Positions 13,013 to 26,470 are shown, counted from the stretch's first letter. The stretch is 64,000 nucleotides of DNA from Tubiluchus corallicola (GCA_030141605.1 JAQGDQ010000229.1:124001-188000); one strand, 5' to 3'. Translations and numbers: made by a program. Notes: generated by a model from the letters alone, not told the origin.

Positions 13013-15534
13013 AAAACATTCTTTTTATCACGGTATAAATGGCACTTCAGTATCGTCTCGAATTTTGAAACTCAGAGAAAACACCCTAAATTTATTTAAA
13101 CAATAAAGCACACTATAGAGCCTAGATTAGAAATTACAGAAATTAGCTAAATCGTGTTCCGATCACACATTTTTGTTTACTTATTAATTTAATGTTACGT
13201 ACAATCTTCAAGGAGTCTATAGAGAGGTGGCTAAATTAGGAATTGCGGCATGTCCCTATTCTACAATATACCTACAGGCGATGTTATTTGGTTTAGTAGT
13301 ATCTATTTGACTCCCAATTATAATGTTCAAAAGGCAACGTGCAGGTGTAGTTCATAAAGAAGTCAATATCCTGCGGAAGCAGGCCTACGTCTGTTTTGAG
13401 TATTTTCAGTGTTACTAAGCGAGTACGTCCATTTCCAGTGTTGTTCATGTTTAAACAATGCATATTCAGACGTAAACGCGTCTTGTAACTGACACGACTA
13501 CTGTACACCATTCGTATTGTGCGTTTGTAGGAAAAATCCATATACACCTGTAATTTTCATGTAGGCAGGTATGTAGAATTTGTCGCATTAACTTGTCGAT
13601 TTTCCCTCTGCTTGTGGCGAGGAAACCATCAATCTCTAGAACAGCGAATTACAGCTAGACGGGGTTACAATAGCAAGTCAAATATGGGTACAATTTACCT
13701 ATCAAAATTAGGGTGGGATGTAAAAAGAGGAGCATTAGCCCAAAAACACTCAGAAGGCCTTGAATATGTGTACAAGGAGATCAGATTAATCACAACATGA
13801 TAATTAGCACATTAAGCAACGCAGGAAGACCACTATATCCTGCTAAGGAAATGTTCCAGGCCGATTTCTTCTTCTTAAACCCATTAGGGCGAAGTTTTCA
13901 AGTTTACTGGGCTTAGTAACCATGTTTATCATTATGTGTAACTCTTATACTTCAGAAAATTTATCTGGTGCCATCCATTCTGCTTTTGATTTCAAATGCC
14001 AAAGCGAAGTTTAGAAAATAATCTTGTCCTTTTAAATATAGATGCCCCTCCTTGCTCCACCTGAGAATTCCTAGGCTCTGCCACTTGGTTAGAAAGGATC
14101 ATCCTCAGGTGAACCTTTCTCCACTTTTCTCGTACAATCGCTCAAAAGAACAAGTAAATGCATTGGTCGTTCTAAGTACATACGCGACTATAACTGTCAC
14201 ATGTGACCAAATGTGCCATGTGTAGAGTAAAAACGAACCACGACACAAAAAGAACAAGTTGTCTGCGACGAAATCCCCACAGGAGCTTCACTGACGCCAA
14301 TGAAGGCCTAACACCTCTGACTTTATGGCAGGCTTCACCTCTATCACAGTGGTGGCCACAGGAAATGACCAAAGTCCAAAACTTTTAAGTAAACCTCTGT
14401 CAGAATAACGTCTGCCCCTTTTAAAAACCGTAAGTAGTAATAGAACCAAAAATTAAAACATCGCCTGCTGTTAGTTATTATTTATTTCCAACTGCCTATC
14501 ACACACTGCCTTCAAACACAAATAAATGTTTCAGTTAGACGTCTCAGACTCAATCTGGTGCCTTGACAGTTAAATACTAGTAGCCATCCTTATGGTCACA
14601 AGGGACAAACAAGAGCCCGGCGACGGGGACATTAGGATTGTCAACTTCTCTGCAGTGTTAGTACTGTGCAACCAGGTGAACGCAGATCTATAAAATCAAT
14701 ATCCTCTTGTCAGCCATCCATTCCTCCTTCCTCAGAACAGAGAGGCCATCGTCACGCAGACCTGTTAAAACCTGTTTCATGTAATAACCCAGCACCATAC
14801 AATATTTACAAGTTCTGAAAGCCAATTTTCTCGAACAAAGAACCATAAAGCCGCTTACGGGCCGTGAGATTTCACGGCGAAAGCGAAATCTGCAATTATG
14901 TGCATAATATGATCACTACGTGAACAGACGCGTCGTTTTGATGCATCTCGTTGCAGATTCAACGAAAGTAGGCACCAGGATAATGGGTGCTATTTACAGG
15001 CATTGAGTTTGCGTACACAGCGAAATGCTAAAAATGTATCGTGTTTCAGTTTTAACTTTGCCTGAAGTGTTCAAACTAACGAAGTTCGTTTTGCATTTCA
15101 CGATGTTTCCATTGTTACTAATAACACAGGCCACCATTAATCTTACTGAACACAAATTTACAAAGCTGCAAGCAGATATTTCTAACTAACTTAAGCTACA
15201 GCCAAAAAACCCAGAAAGAGAGCTTTGAAAGTCAGCTGGCACTACTGTTCTATCAACTGTTGTATCTGGTGGCCAATATCGATTGTATTGTTGTTTTAGT
15301 GCATTACTGTCACAGTTCTATCGTACTTTTTGTCACAACGCAGGAAAGTCTTTGAAACAGACCAATGATTAGAAAATTTAAATTATGATTACAGGGTATA
15401 GTGCAGTCCGCTAATCTTGTTCTTATAGTTGTACAAATATCAATATCAAATCAGTCAGAGTGCACGTTCCAATGGTAGTTAGTTCGATTTCACAGCGGGA
15501 TTATGTATTTGCAGATTCTGTGCAAGGCAAGCTG

Positions 15535-15655
15535 ATATTCTGTCAAAGACCTTGTTGGTCGCTTCATATTCTGTCAAAGATCTTGTTGGTCAGTTGATGC
15601 TCTGTCAAAGATCTTGCTGGTCAGTTGACATATCAAAGACCTTGTTGACCAGTTA
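15535..15655. repeat. Diverged ~31-bp tandem repeat x4
   Basis: (atattctg)tcaaaga(c/t)cttgttggtc occurs four times. Confidence 0.85.
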
Positions 15656-16229
15656 CAACAGGCTAGATATTGAAATATCACATACAGTAGAGACGATAAC
15701 TTATTGTTTTATAAAATCCAGCATTTATTAAGCTAAAATAATTATTTGCGATAAAATACTCAGGATGTTTCGACTCTGTTTCAGTCTCAGATGGTGATAT
15801 TGGGAAGTTAAACTTATATATAGGCCTACATTAATTTACAGTTTCTGCATGTTACTCTTGTGAACATTATGTACAGAAACTATGTAAGCTAATGCATATA
15901 CAATGTTAAATTCTAGATAATTTTTTCGTCACTGCTAAAAAGATTCAAGGAGTCTAAAGGTCCATGGTAGCAACTTAGACAGCGCTTACTACCTATTGGT
16001 TCACGCTTACTTACATTCATAATAATGTGTTTTAATAATAAATATTGTAATTTTTTATGTAAATGTGCTTGTGCTTGTGCTTTATTTTACAACGCTGTAT
16101 ATTACGAGATTTTGGTTTTTTTTAAATCAATAAATTTAAACTTAACAAACTGTAAGAAATATACTTTCGCTTTCAACCACTTCGATGACCATCAACCATT
16201 ATGACCTAATTTTTCACCAGTACTACGAC

Positions 16230-16470
16230 AGCAAGATGATTATTTACTTGTCAGTCGAGTTTTTCTTTCATTTTCTCGTCAATCCAGTTCTTCTTTCTCC
16301 TCCCCTTGTTCTTTACAGACGAGAATTTACACAGAAGAGCGCTTATTTGAAGAAGCTGATCGACGGTAATGGGCGCTCTTTGCCTTATCAACCGCACTAT
16401 CATTTGACAAAGTAAGGATTTATTGAAGCGCCAATGAAACAGGAAGCCAAGTTGCACACCCGCTTGCTTT
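16230..16470 (-). mobile_element. Possible decayed RTE-type LINE 3' fragment
   Basis: Minus-strand translation ...GRRKKNWID resembles the RGRxxxxWxD motif at the end of RTE-clade ORFs. Confidence 0.3.
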
Positions 16471-16681
16471 AACTCGGGTGAAACCACTCATTTAATTGCA
16501 AGCGGCCTTCGGTTTCGAGCTTCAGTGGGTTTTACTCTATGCCAGCTAGTGCTAACCCACAGGTAACAGAACAAACGTATCAAAGGAATCTGATAAGCGG
16601 GCCTCCAGGGAAATTCACACGTTTGCCGCAGCCAGGTTACAGTGACTATTATTATTAGTATGTACGTAAATTAAATATGTA

Positions 16682-16896
16682 CAGCTTGTCCAAAAAATAC
16701 CCCGTACCTCGTACCCTATTGTCCTGCTACGTGTGTTGAAAAACGCCTTAGCGGCGCTTGGTGAGGGATCTTAGACGGGAATTTAGAAAGAGAAGAAATT
16801 GGTCTGCACGATGATATGGATCCTTTTTAGAAATGCCTCTACCAGGATTAAAGGCTATACTAGTTAGTTTGAGGAACTTTTATCTGGTCCACCCTG
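16682..16896. mobile_element. Tc1/mariner-like MITE with degenerate TIRs
   Basis: TA|CAGcttgtcc ... ggtccacCCTG|TA; a similar end CAGGGTGGTCC occurs at ~52686. Confidence 0.45.
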
Positions 16897-19156
16897 TAGG
16901 ATGTGAGTCCCCATTACGCTTACAGATATAAAAAGCAGGCTGCTGCAGTGGTATTGAAATGCAAAAGAACAGTGATAAAATTCGTGAAATCTGAAGTCCG
17001 TAGTGTCCATTTTGATGACTATAACTTGTAAGGGTTAAAGTGTACCCGGGAGAAGCCAAAGATGTGGTGTTTCAATCATACTGTGCTTAATTACAGCACG
17101 AAGCAAGGAGTAATTTTATTTACCCAAAGAAAAGTGAAAGCAAATTAACGTCCAATTCACACAAGCTAGTTTCAATTTTAGATAATCCTCGACTAATCTA
17201 GCACGTGAGGTCTAAAGCTGGGCTACTTCGATCTAGACTCTACTCGACTTTATTTAGTGTGAGAAACGCATAGAGTCAGAGGAAAGTGTATAACAGAAAG
17301 AAGAGAGTATTGTAAAAACGTTTGTATGTATTTCTAATTAGTATACCAGCATGCCATGCAAGCAAGTTAACATTGAGCTTTTAACCAGAACGTCTTGCAA
17401 GAAAATGAAACGAAAATTTTATTTATAGTCGGATTATAAAATAATTGAGATAATTCCTATCAGAGAAGAGAAGACAGACAGTAAATAAAAAGGGCATGCA
17501 TACGTATACTGTTATCGCATCGTTCAATGTCGTAAACTTAGATGACACATAAAAATTTCTGTTAACAACGTAATAACCAAAATTTCATAACTTTTGGATG
17601 AACTTACAATTTCTTTTCTGCTACTTAGGCTGCTCTTATGAGCAAAAAATCAAACGCAGCTCTCCCTTTAATTTCGCCTTGTCTATTGAAGCCAGTCAGA
17701 AATTTCCAATTTCGTTGAGGGAAAACAGGCTTTTGTGTCTTTTTCAGAATAACCATTTCCGCTTTCAAGGACCAAAAGCTGATTAGTTTACCCGAGTTAC
17801 CATAGCAACCAGGTATAAGCTTGTTACCTGACCGCCACACGTATGCATCGGGGACGATGCTAAGCGAATTTGAGAAGCCAGCTGTGGTTGTGTTTAACGA
17901 ACATGCATTAGATCATAGAACACATTAAATAAAGCAATTAGCTCCCAGAATGCACGACCGAATGCAGAATGCAAAATGCTCAATGAATCTGTTCGAAATT
18001 ACAAAATCTAAAAAGATGTTTACTGAATTTTGACAGTCTTCTTTTTTTGTAGCCCAAAGAATTGTAAACGGTCGTGTTCCAAAAAGCGTTTTCACTTTCC
18101 TCACTGTAGGGCAAATTATTAACTAAAAATCGTCTCAATTGTTGGCGTTAAGAATTTTTGCGTGTTATAAGTTCACACTTGGTTTTATTATCGTGATTCT
18201 CTACTTACCAAATACGTAAAATCCTCAAAATTATAATACCACGTATTTGAACATTGAGTACTTCTGATATTCCATTGCAGGCAAATCTATATATATAAAA
18301 CGAGTTCGTGACTCTTAGATTTGCCTGCAGAAATATATACATATACATGCATGACATGTGACACCAAGAACAAAATGAACAAAAACCGGTAATAAAGAAA
18401 ATATTATTTTCTTTTTTATTGTGGGATTTTTTTTAATTTTACCAAATTTCGTAATAGCACTTTCTTTGTGCCACTGAGAATAATGTAGGAACAAACACAT
18501 TAGTTACGCCTAAATGCCTGCCAAGTGAGACCTTTGCAGTGTTTGGGACACCGTTATGCCCATAACTATGAAATCTTCAGTAGCACTCAGAATCATCAGT
18601 GCAAAACCATTCGGTCGGTCGGAAATAAAGCGAACACTCTGCAAATTTAACATATACTTCTCTTCAATTATCCCGGAAACTGAATATTTTCCTACTAGCA
18701 ATTTTCCTCCAAGTAAAATGTCCAAGTATCATCTTAAGAACGAGTCTTGAACATGCATAACGACAGCCATTAAAACCATTACGCAGAAACTTGAAAGATG
18801 GGAGCTTGTAAATCGGGTGGCATATAATAGCGAAACTTTCACAAAGAAACGTTTGCATATGTTTCTGTGTAACTCTAACGCTGAAAATTGCCAGGAGGAG
18901 AACATCAATTACTATGATGCTCGAACATCAAGAAGCTAGGCATATAACTCATGTTAAATATGTAGTTGTACAACGATGACTTGCTCAAAAATGGTTATGA
19001 TAAGAATTTTGTCTCTTTCATTTGAAATTGTTTCGATTCAAACTATTACATTTCGGTATTATGGTGGTGTCTTTGTGTGTGAATGCGCGACAGATTCCTG
19101 ATTCCTCTACGATTTCATTAGGTGTGGAAATTTAACCTTTTGGTAATATAAGGGGC

Positions 19157-19390
19157 CAAAGTCCAAAGATTGTGCAGAAGATTTTCTTCAATTTTGCTAT
19201 CATATTAATATCATATGTTATGTTTTACTTTTATTATTTTAGATTTTATATGGAGTTTAAATTATTTATTTATGTATGAGTGCCAAAAACAGATACAAAA
19301 CAAGAAACAATACATACACACAATTTCTATAATATGAAATATGTCGACATTGCAAACAAACAATTATTGATTAAATAAATATATTCTAAA
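19157..19390. repeat. Dispersed direct repeat, copy 1 (copy 2 at ~21824..22036)
   Basis: Shared tgtgcagaagattttctt...caaaaacagatacaaaacaagaaacaa...tgaaatatgtcga...aaacaaacaattattgat...attctaaa. Confidence 0.85.
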
Positions 19391-20204
19391 CAACTCTTTA
19401 TTTGCAAAATAATTTGTAAGAAGCGCTTGCTGTTTGTGCCCCCCGCCCTTCAACTTATTTGTTGTATTGTATAATTTATATGGTGCGTATGCGTGACATA
19501 AATTAAACTAAACTAAGCGTTAAAAGCTTCAATTTATAATATAAAGCTTCATATAAAGTGAGCAGTCACTCGAGGTAAGTAACTACTATAATAATGAAAA
19601 TGCACACATGTCCAGAATAGTACGAACTCATAATTCATGAATACTGAAACCAAACTTGAAAACAGCAATGTGAAAAAATCGGAACACAGACTGAAACTGA
19701 ACCTGGATTCGTTTACAAGATAGACGTCAACTACCGTGTTCCCCAACAATGACGATAGTCTGAAATCCATTTCTATAAACTTCAGGTCCAAAAAAATTCC
19801 TTTCAAATTCAAGTCCAGTAAAAGGATCCCAACAAAAAAATTCAGGTCTCGAACAAAAACAATATCTGTTTCATAAACAACCCATTCTGCAATAAATTTT
19901 ATTAATTTTTTGTTAGAAAAATTCAACGTGTCTATTGAACACTAGTAATCATCGTCAGAAAATACGTAAAGAACGATTTAAAATAAACAGTATTCGTGAG
20001 TATAACAGATACGAATCCTGTATGATTGAAGTTTGTGGATCAGGCTTGGTGCCAAACTTTGACACGAGGCATCAAAAGCATAGGATGTTCAAGACTGTTA
20101 ACCTGGTCTCGCCTAGAAGCTCTAAAGCTCTGTCATGATGCTCGGCAATTAAACACGAGCAGGCAGCGAAAAGAGCTTTATCATAATGTGTGAAAAAAAA
20201 TTTG

Positions 20205-20277
20205 CCCCCGTCTACAGGGATTTGAACCTAAGACTTTTGCTTATTGGCCAGCTATGTTAACCATTCGCCACAGAGGT
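20205..20277 (-). pseudogene. tRNA-like Pol III unit (tRNA pseudogene or SINE head)
   Basis: Minus strand: A box TGGCGAATGG and B box GGTTCAAATCC at tRNA-like spacing, partial acceptor stem, followed within a few nt by T8. The anticodon arm pairs poorly. Confidence 0.6.
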
Positions 20278-21270
20278 ACTATGACGTTTCAGACTTCGTA
20301 TTTCATTTGTCATTTGGCAATCTAAACGCGATTGAAGTTGGAACTAGATATACGATCTTCAATGGACCAATATGCACCGATCCATCTACATCTACTTGCA
20401 TGTGTTCCTACAAACTGTAATTAATACTGTAATTAATTCCAATTAATTACCAAAAAAATCTGACTGCCAATAACCTTGATATAGTCTAGCAAAAGCCTGG
20501 CATGAAATTGCATCAGCTGCATCACACATGCTCCTCAGTTGTAAAATGTATAAAAAAATTTTAATAAATTAATAAATATTTCATTAACCAATGTGCTTCG
20601 CGTCAAATGCGCAAAATCCAATAATAGTTACAGCAACCTAAAAGTTATACGCACATTTATTCACTTATTTATTTAAAGCAACATAGTATATCATGTTATA
20701 TGAGAACAAAAAGGTGATTTTAGTATTATGCAGGCTGAATTTTTCTCAGTATCAAACCTACCGCCTAAAACAGTTCAGTTGATATCCTGTCCGACAGACT
20801 ATTTCAAGTTTAGCGAAATGCCAACTAAGCAATAAAAAGAAACCTTTAACAAAGAGAAATTTAATCTTTCGCTTTATAGCTTCTTTATAAAGCCGAAAGA
20901 AGGAAATTTAAATGGGGCATTAAAGGCGGCAAAGGCAGTCATACTCTTAATAATGGACATCATTAAATACAAGCTGAAAATTTGAGAAACATAAAAATCA
21001 ACCCTTAAATCTTAACGGTATAAATCTAATTAATTAAATTTTATGGCCGTGCACATTAAATTGCGCATTGAATGTGAACGCACCATGCACGATCTATTTC
21101 ACAGAAGCCACTTGCATTCAATATTAACACACTTCTCATAATCAATGATTTCGGTCCAGTGAAGTGTCGACGGCCACAGCATGTCTTTGGGGAACTTCTG
21201 GGGCTCTTCGGGGTTCCTAAAGTAAATTCAATTAAAGTCGCTAAATGATTTCTAAGAAAAAAGAGATTGT

Positions 21271-21807
21271 TTAAAGGAAAGGACACGTCATTTAGCATAT
21301 ATGTGTTTATTGCACGTTATCACTTTGTGGAGAAATATGACATTGAAATTTGCAAAAAACTGTCTATAAAACGTATTAAAGTTAATTTATACTGCCCCTG
21401 TACAAGAGTTTTCAGGTACAGCATTTACCACTTTTCACTTGAAAATTGTGACTAACTGGTGGACATCGAGACTTTTCATAGCACATCGTTGCTTTTTCAT
21501 AAGCGCCGGTTGGAATAATTCAAACTTCTGCATCTCATCGAATATTCACACAGAAAAATCACAAAATTAGCTGCTGTCTGTCTGATCTTTTGTAAAATTT
21601 TTTGTACCTTTGACACAGTGTGCTGCTTTTTTAGTCATTGGAGGAAAAAAGGGCACTCAAAATGGAAGTCCGGAAGCGTGAAAGGATCGCGACTTTAACG
21701 TGGTTTTACAAATTACACAAGGCGCTTATCACACTTTTATTACTAAATCTGTATAGCATTTTCGTGAATATCGAAATAAGCTTCCCAGAAGGCTTGGTTT
21801 CCTTTAA
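21271..21807. mobile_element. TTAA-flanked MITE (Kolobok/T2-like), family C
   Basis: TTAA-AGGAAA ... TTTCCT-TTAA; its right ~180 bp recur at ~22920..23101, ending ctttcctTTAA. Confidence 0.7.
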
Positions 21808-22540
21808 TGTCATAAAGAATGTACCAAAGCCCAAAGCGGCTGTGCAGAAGATTTTCTTTAATTTTTTTCTTATTTTATATTATTTTAAATTATATATCAC
21901 TGATAATTAAGTTTAAGTTATTTATCAGTGTCAAAAACAGATACAAAACAAGAAACAAGACATACATACAATTTTAATAATGAAATATGTCGAAATTATA
22001 AACAAACAATTATTGATGAAACAAATACATTCTAAAGTCGTTTCTCTTACAATTTACAATGTAATTATTTAGTCATTTAAATGAAAGATTTAGTGATTAG
22101 TATTTAAAATAAATTATGTCACTAGTAATATGATCATTACACAGTATTTTGTTCATGTCTCAAAAAGGCATTTTCAACATAATCAATAAACTGCCTTAAT
22201 TACTTCAAAATCACTGCTACCCATTAAGAATAAAAATTTATCAGCATCGTTCATAAGGAGAAATTCTGATATAATTGCACTGATGTGATTATATAATTTT
22301 CCTTTAAGATCATTGTAATATAAACATTTCATAACAAAGTGTAATTCGAGTTCGATTTCATTTCTTAAACAGTATGAATATATACGACTCTCAGCAGGAA
22401 TTTTCCTAGGTGTAACATATTATTTTAAATAAATAAACACTTCGAAATTGATTTATGCATAGCAAACAAACTAGTTTAGAATAGGATAATGATTGTTTTT
22501 GAAATAATTTTAATCTTGGTTGTTTCACCAATAGTACAGA

Positions 22541-22617
22541 ACTAGTGGTGTAATGATTATCACAACAGAAAACTAAAGGTCTTGGGTTTGAGTCACAGTA
22601 ATGATATAATAATTTTT
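22541..22617 (+). pseudogene. Degenerate tRNA-like sequence
   Basis: TGGTGTAATGA (A-box-like) ... aaaggtcttGGGTTTGAGTCA (B-box-like), then a T5 run. Confidence 0.4.
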
Positions 22618-25600
22618 CAGACTTTCTAATTTGGTATTGTTTTAGTGTGTTGCACAACTGTCTCTCATCCAGAAACATGCTAGAAATCAAGTACCATTGC
22701 CAACTACTCCACCACATTTTACCAATAAAATTTGGTACAGGTTTTTTTTTTAAAATTTTTTATTGTATTTTAAAAGTAAGGATTTTTTGCTTTCTCTCGC
22801 TTACAGCACTTTAGCTGTGAAGATTATGACGTAAGTGGTGGACTTCCTGATAGTGCGTGCTTCTTAAATTAATGTTCACGCAAAAATATAAAAAAATTAA
22901 GTATCTCATTTTTGACCGTGTGGTGCTTTCTTTCAGCTGATGAATCGGCGTCCAAAACAAAAGCGTGAAATGATTGCGACTTTAAAGTGATTTTGCTAAT
23001 TACAACAGGCGCTCATCACAGCTTTGTTACTAAATCCTTCTATCATTTTTCCGATCATTGAAAGAAGCCCAACTTCCCAAAATGGTTGGCCTTTCCTTTA
23101 AATTACTTAAAATACACGCAAACCCAAGAAGAAGCAATATTTTTCATTGCCATGATGAAACCAGACATATCACGAAATAATATTCGTGACAGTTCAAAGG
23201 CAATATAGGTTTCTTATTGAATTTGATGTAATATCTTTCTCCTAAAGTGCACATCTAAAATATCATATGAGCTGTCTTTCTGAATACTTTTCGTCAAATT
23301 TGTTACCTCCAGGCTACGTAGAAATCCATTAAGTTGATTTCAAGCCATGATGTACAATGTACATATCATCTTTCTATTGTGAACTGGAACATGAGCCTGA
23401 ATTTATGAAGTTGAAAATTTTGAGGGGGGAGAGCATGTGTCACAGTAAAAATGGAATGGAACAATTCGGGGGAGGGAGGTAACCCACTGCATGCCACTAC
23501 CCGGCAGAGCAAAGTGCACCAAAGCTGATCCTAAAAGGATCTAATATGTGACCCAATCAAGATATCAAACATTATGAGATCTAGTTAGAAAAAACAAGTG
23601 TCACCCTGTGTCCAAGACAAAGTAGCGGGATTTCTCCCTGATTTACATAAATTCCTGTGAATAATCAATCAGGTTTCACGCGGCAGTACCAACATCTACA
23701 ATCTGCAATTCTGCCAATTCCAGCCAATCTTGCCTAATTGGCTGGCATTTCAATCTGCCGCAAGCAAAAGTAATTACACTCTCCCGAGTAGTTATTAATT
23801 ACTTGAGAAGACAATATGGGGAATCTTCTTCCTCCAGAAATGTATTCGTGCGGCAAATGTGCTGGAAACGACTGACGTGCACAGACACAACGTGACTCTG
23901 TAACACTGCTAAATCGGCCACTTTGTAAGTTTAAGCTTCCTGCAAATAATAATTACTGGGAAGCGAAATCTACAACACATAATTAATGAAACCTTAACCC
24001 AGCAGTAGGTACGGTATCATTTAACTTGTGCAAGCATGAATGGTTTCGCGAGCCTTGAGCGATATCCGAGATTAGGCATGTAAAATCTCACCATAAGTTA
24101 TAACTACATCTGACGATCAAGTTTGGATCTTTCACAGTGCTTTTTGCGACTTTTAAACTTATTTTACATGGAATGTCAAGGCGAAATTTTCTTGTTTACG
24201 ACCCGCTGACTAGAACAAGAACTTAATTTTAAGGCGATCTAAAAGAAAATGTTTACCCACTTCTCTGGTACTTTTTACCTTACTTATTATGGGTTAGCTA
24301 AATCGAACTGCTAAAGAATCATTTGGTCAATTTTTCTCAAATTGAGTTGGAACTCCTTCCCTGCATATGTTGTTGGTGCACCCCTCGCGACTGCATAAAA
24401 TATTACGTTATTTAAAAGACGCTTAAATAAAGAAGTTAACTTGCATAAACTTCTGGTACATGATAGACACATGTAAGTTGTTCATCTCTGTGTCTTCACC
24501 ACACTCTTAAATATTGTATTTGTATGCATTTCGCCAACATGTTTTATTATATTGCTTATGGGTGTGAATGAATTAAATAAAATAAAATAAAATAATATAG
24601 AGCTGTGACATCCTTTACGTCATACAGGTACATTGATGAAGCACACAATGCTTGTTAATGTCATTAATTAACCAAGATAGGCATTGTTTTCGAACTGGGT
24701 TTTTTTGTAAACACATTACAATAAAATCGTGTGATATCAGCTTATTATGATAGCCACAGATTGTGCAATTGTATCATGATAAAGTAAAGTTTAAGCTCAA
24801 ATTAAATTTAGTGACAAAAATCTATTTTCCGAAATAAAAATTTGGTGGTGAATGGTGATGCCCACTGTAGGCCTACATGTGTTAAGAAATAACCGGATGG
24901 CCGCGAATTGAAAGCACTACAAGATTTACATGTATAGATCTATTCCGATTATACGATCCGGATTTCAATGTCGCCGAGCCAGCTTCATTTCAAAATCGAC
25001 GGGCATCGAATCCGGCTGCCGCTTCCGACCCATAAACCAAACCCATAAATATCAAGCCTTTTACGATAATAGATGGCGAGCAAATCACTTCTTGCAGAGA
25101 TTTAGTTAGCCTCTTCCGACAGACAAGCGACACTTGAGAAAATTGATCAAACAGAACATCGCCCGTTGCAAACAGATTAGCAAATACTGGGAAGTAATTG
25201 AAAGCAAAATAATTTGCACACGGTGACAAATTTAGGGGATAGACTGCAAGGAAAGGTACAACGTGCAATCAGTCATCCTAGTGCCACATGTAATAGCTAT
25301 TAATTTTAGACAGTATGAGCATAGTCGTAAAAGAGACGCTAACTAAGACCATTTGTAGGATGAGCGATGAAAGATTATTCTAAAATTAACTTGTTTATTT
25401 AGAAGTCGACTTTGCTTCAAGACGATATGCAAGATAAGGGCTTCACAGAGTAAGAATAATAATAAAGAGGGCATCTGGAAGTCAAAATACATCAATTATG
25501 AGTCGGTTTACTGTGGTGCCTATCAAAGAATGTCTGTTACCACCTCTCTGTCGAGAAGAAAAAACACCCTTTTATAAAGTTAAAAACAACACAACTTTAT

Positions 25601-25631
25601 TAAAAACTTCTACATTAAAAAGTTAAAATCA

Positions 25632-25674
25632 TGCCAAACGTTTCGGCTAGCTGCTGCTGTCATCATCAGTGGCA
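25632..25674 (-). ncRNA. Minimal type-I hammerhead ribozyme motif, core intact
   Basis: Minus strand reads TGCCA-CTGATGA-T-GACAGCAGCAGCTAGCC-GAAAC-GTT-TGGCA: perfect 5-bp stem I, both core boxes, palindromic AACGTT stem III, one mismatch in stem II. Confidence 0.75.
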
Positions 25675-25731
25675 AATCTACAAACGCACAACCAGCATAT
25701 ACAGGCAGAGCCAGTTGTATGTTTGTAAATT

Positions 25732-25774
25732 TACCACTGATGATGACAGCAGCAGCTAGTCGAGACGTATGGCA
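25732..25774 (+). ncRNA. Minimal type-I hammerhead ribozyme motif, core mutated (GAGA for GAAA)
   Basis: TACCA-CTGATGA-T-GACAGCAGCAGCTAGTC-GAGAC-GTA-TGGCA; stem II GAC/GTC intact, one stem I mismatch. Confidence 0.6.
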
Positions 25775-26302
25775 TGATTTTAACTTTTAACTTTTTAATG
25801 TAAAAGCTTTTAATACAGTTGTGTTGTTTTTAACTATAAATGTTTTTAATAAAAATTGGTTTTTATAACGTGGATTTCAATATAAAGTTCGAGCATATAC
25901 ACATATAAGGCCAATTCATGCATCTAATTTGACTTGAGCTGCATCAATAACATTAATATAATATTAATAATAATAATAATAACATGATATTTGGAATTGT
26001 TAGCAAGGCCCCGATAAGATTTGCAGGCCCTTTCTCTACGAAGGCCCTGCTCAGAGAAAGGTTTTTATACACAACGACACGAAATGAAAAGAAACTGACT
26101 AGTTAAAGTTTAGAAGTTTGAGAATAAAGTCTCCTTTTCTAACTCTAACTCTAAGTAAGAAATCTTAAAATAAACGAACGGCAAGGCTGCCACCTGTAGG
26201 ATATGTCTGAAGTTTCCGTTACGAATTGAAAAACCGTCAGTACTCTCATTGACCTTACAAAACTAAACTCAAAACAACATACATTGTTATGTTTCGAAAA
26301 CA

Positions 26303-26470
26303 TTAAAGGAGAACGGGATGATTTAACCTACCCCCATCTTGAAGTATTGCGAAACTATACATTTTAACGTATATATAATTGTTCCCGGTAATTAAATAAT
26401 AGGTGTAAATATTTAATTAACGGCTGGTGAGCCAAGCTATACTTTAAGATTGGGCCCGGTTTTCCTTTAA
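26303..26470. mobile_element. TTAA-flanked MITE family A, shortest (internally deleted) copy
   Basis: TTAAAGGAGAACGGG ... CCCGGTTTTCCTTTAA; termini shared with the copies at 30942, 43449 and 48070. Confidence 0.8.

Larger units (their letters stand above)
25571..25840. mobile_element. Fold-back element of two inverted Penelope-like pLTR fragments
   Basis: Arms of ~120 bp (25571-~25691 and ~25714-25840) are near-perfect reverse complements around a ~22-nt loop; each arm carries a minimal hammerhead motif. Confidence 0.75.
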
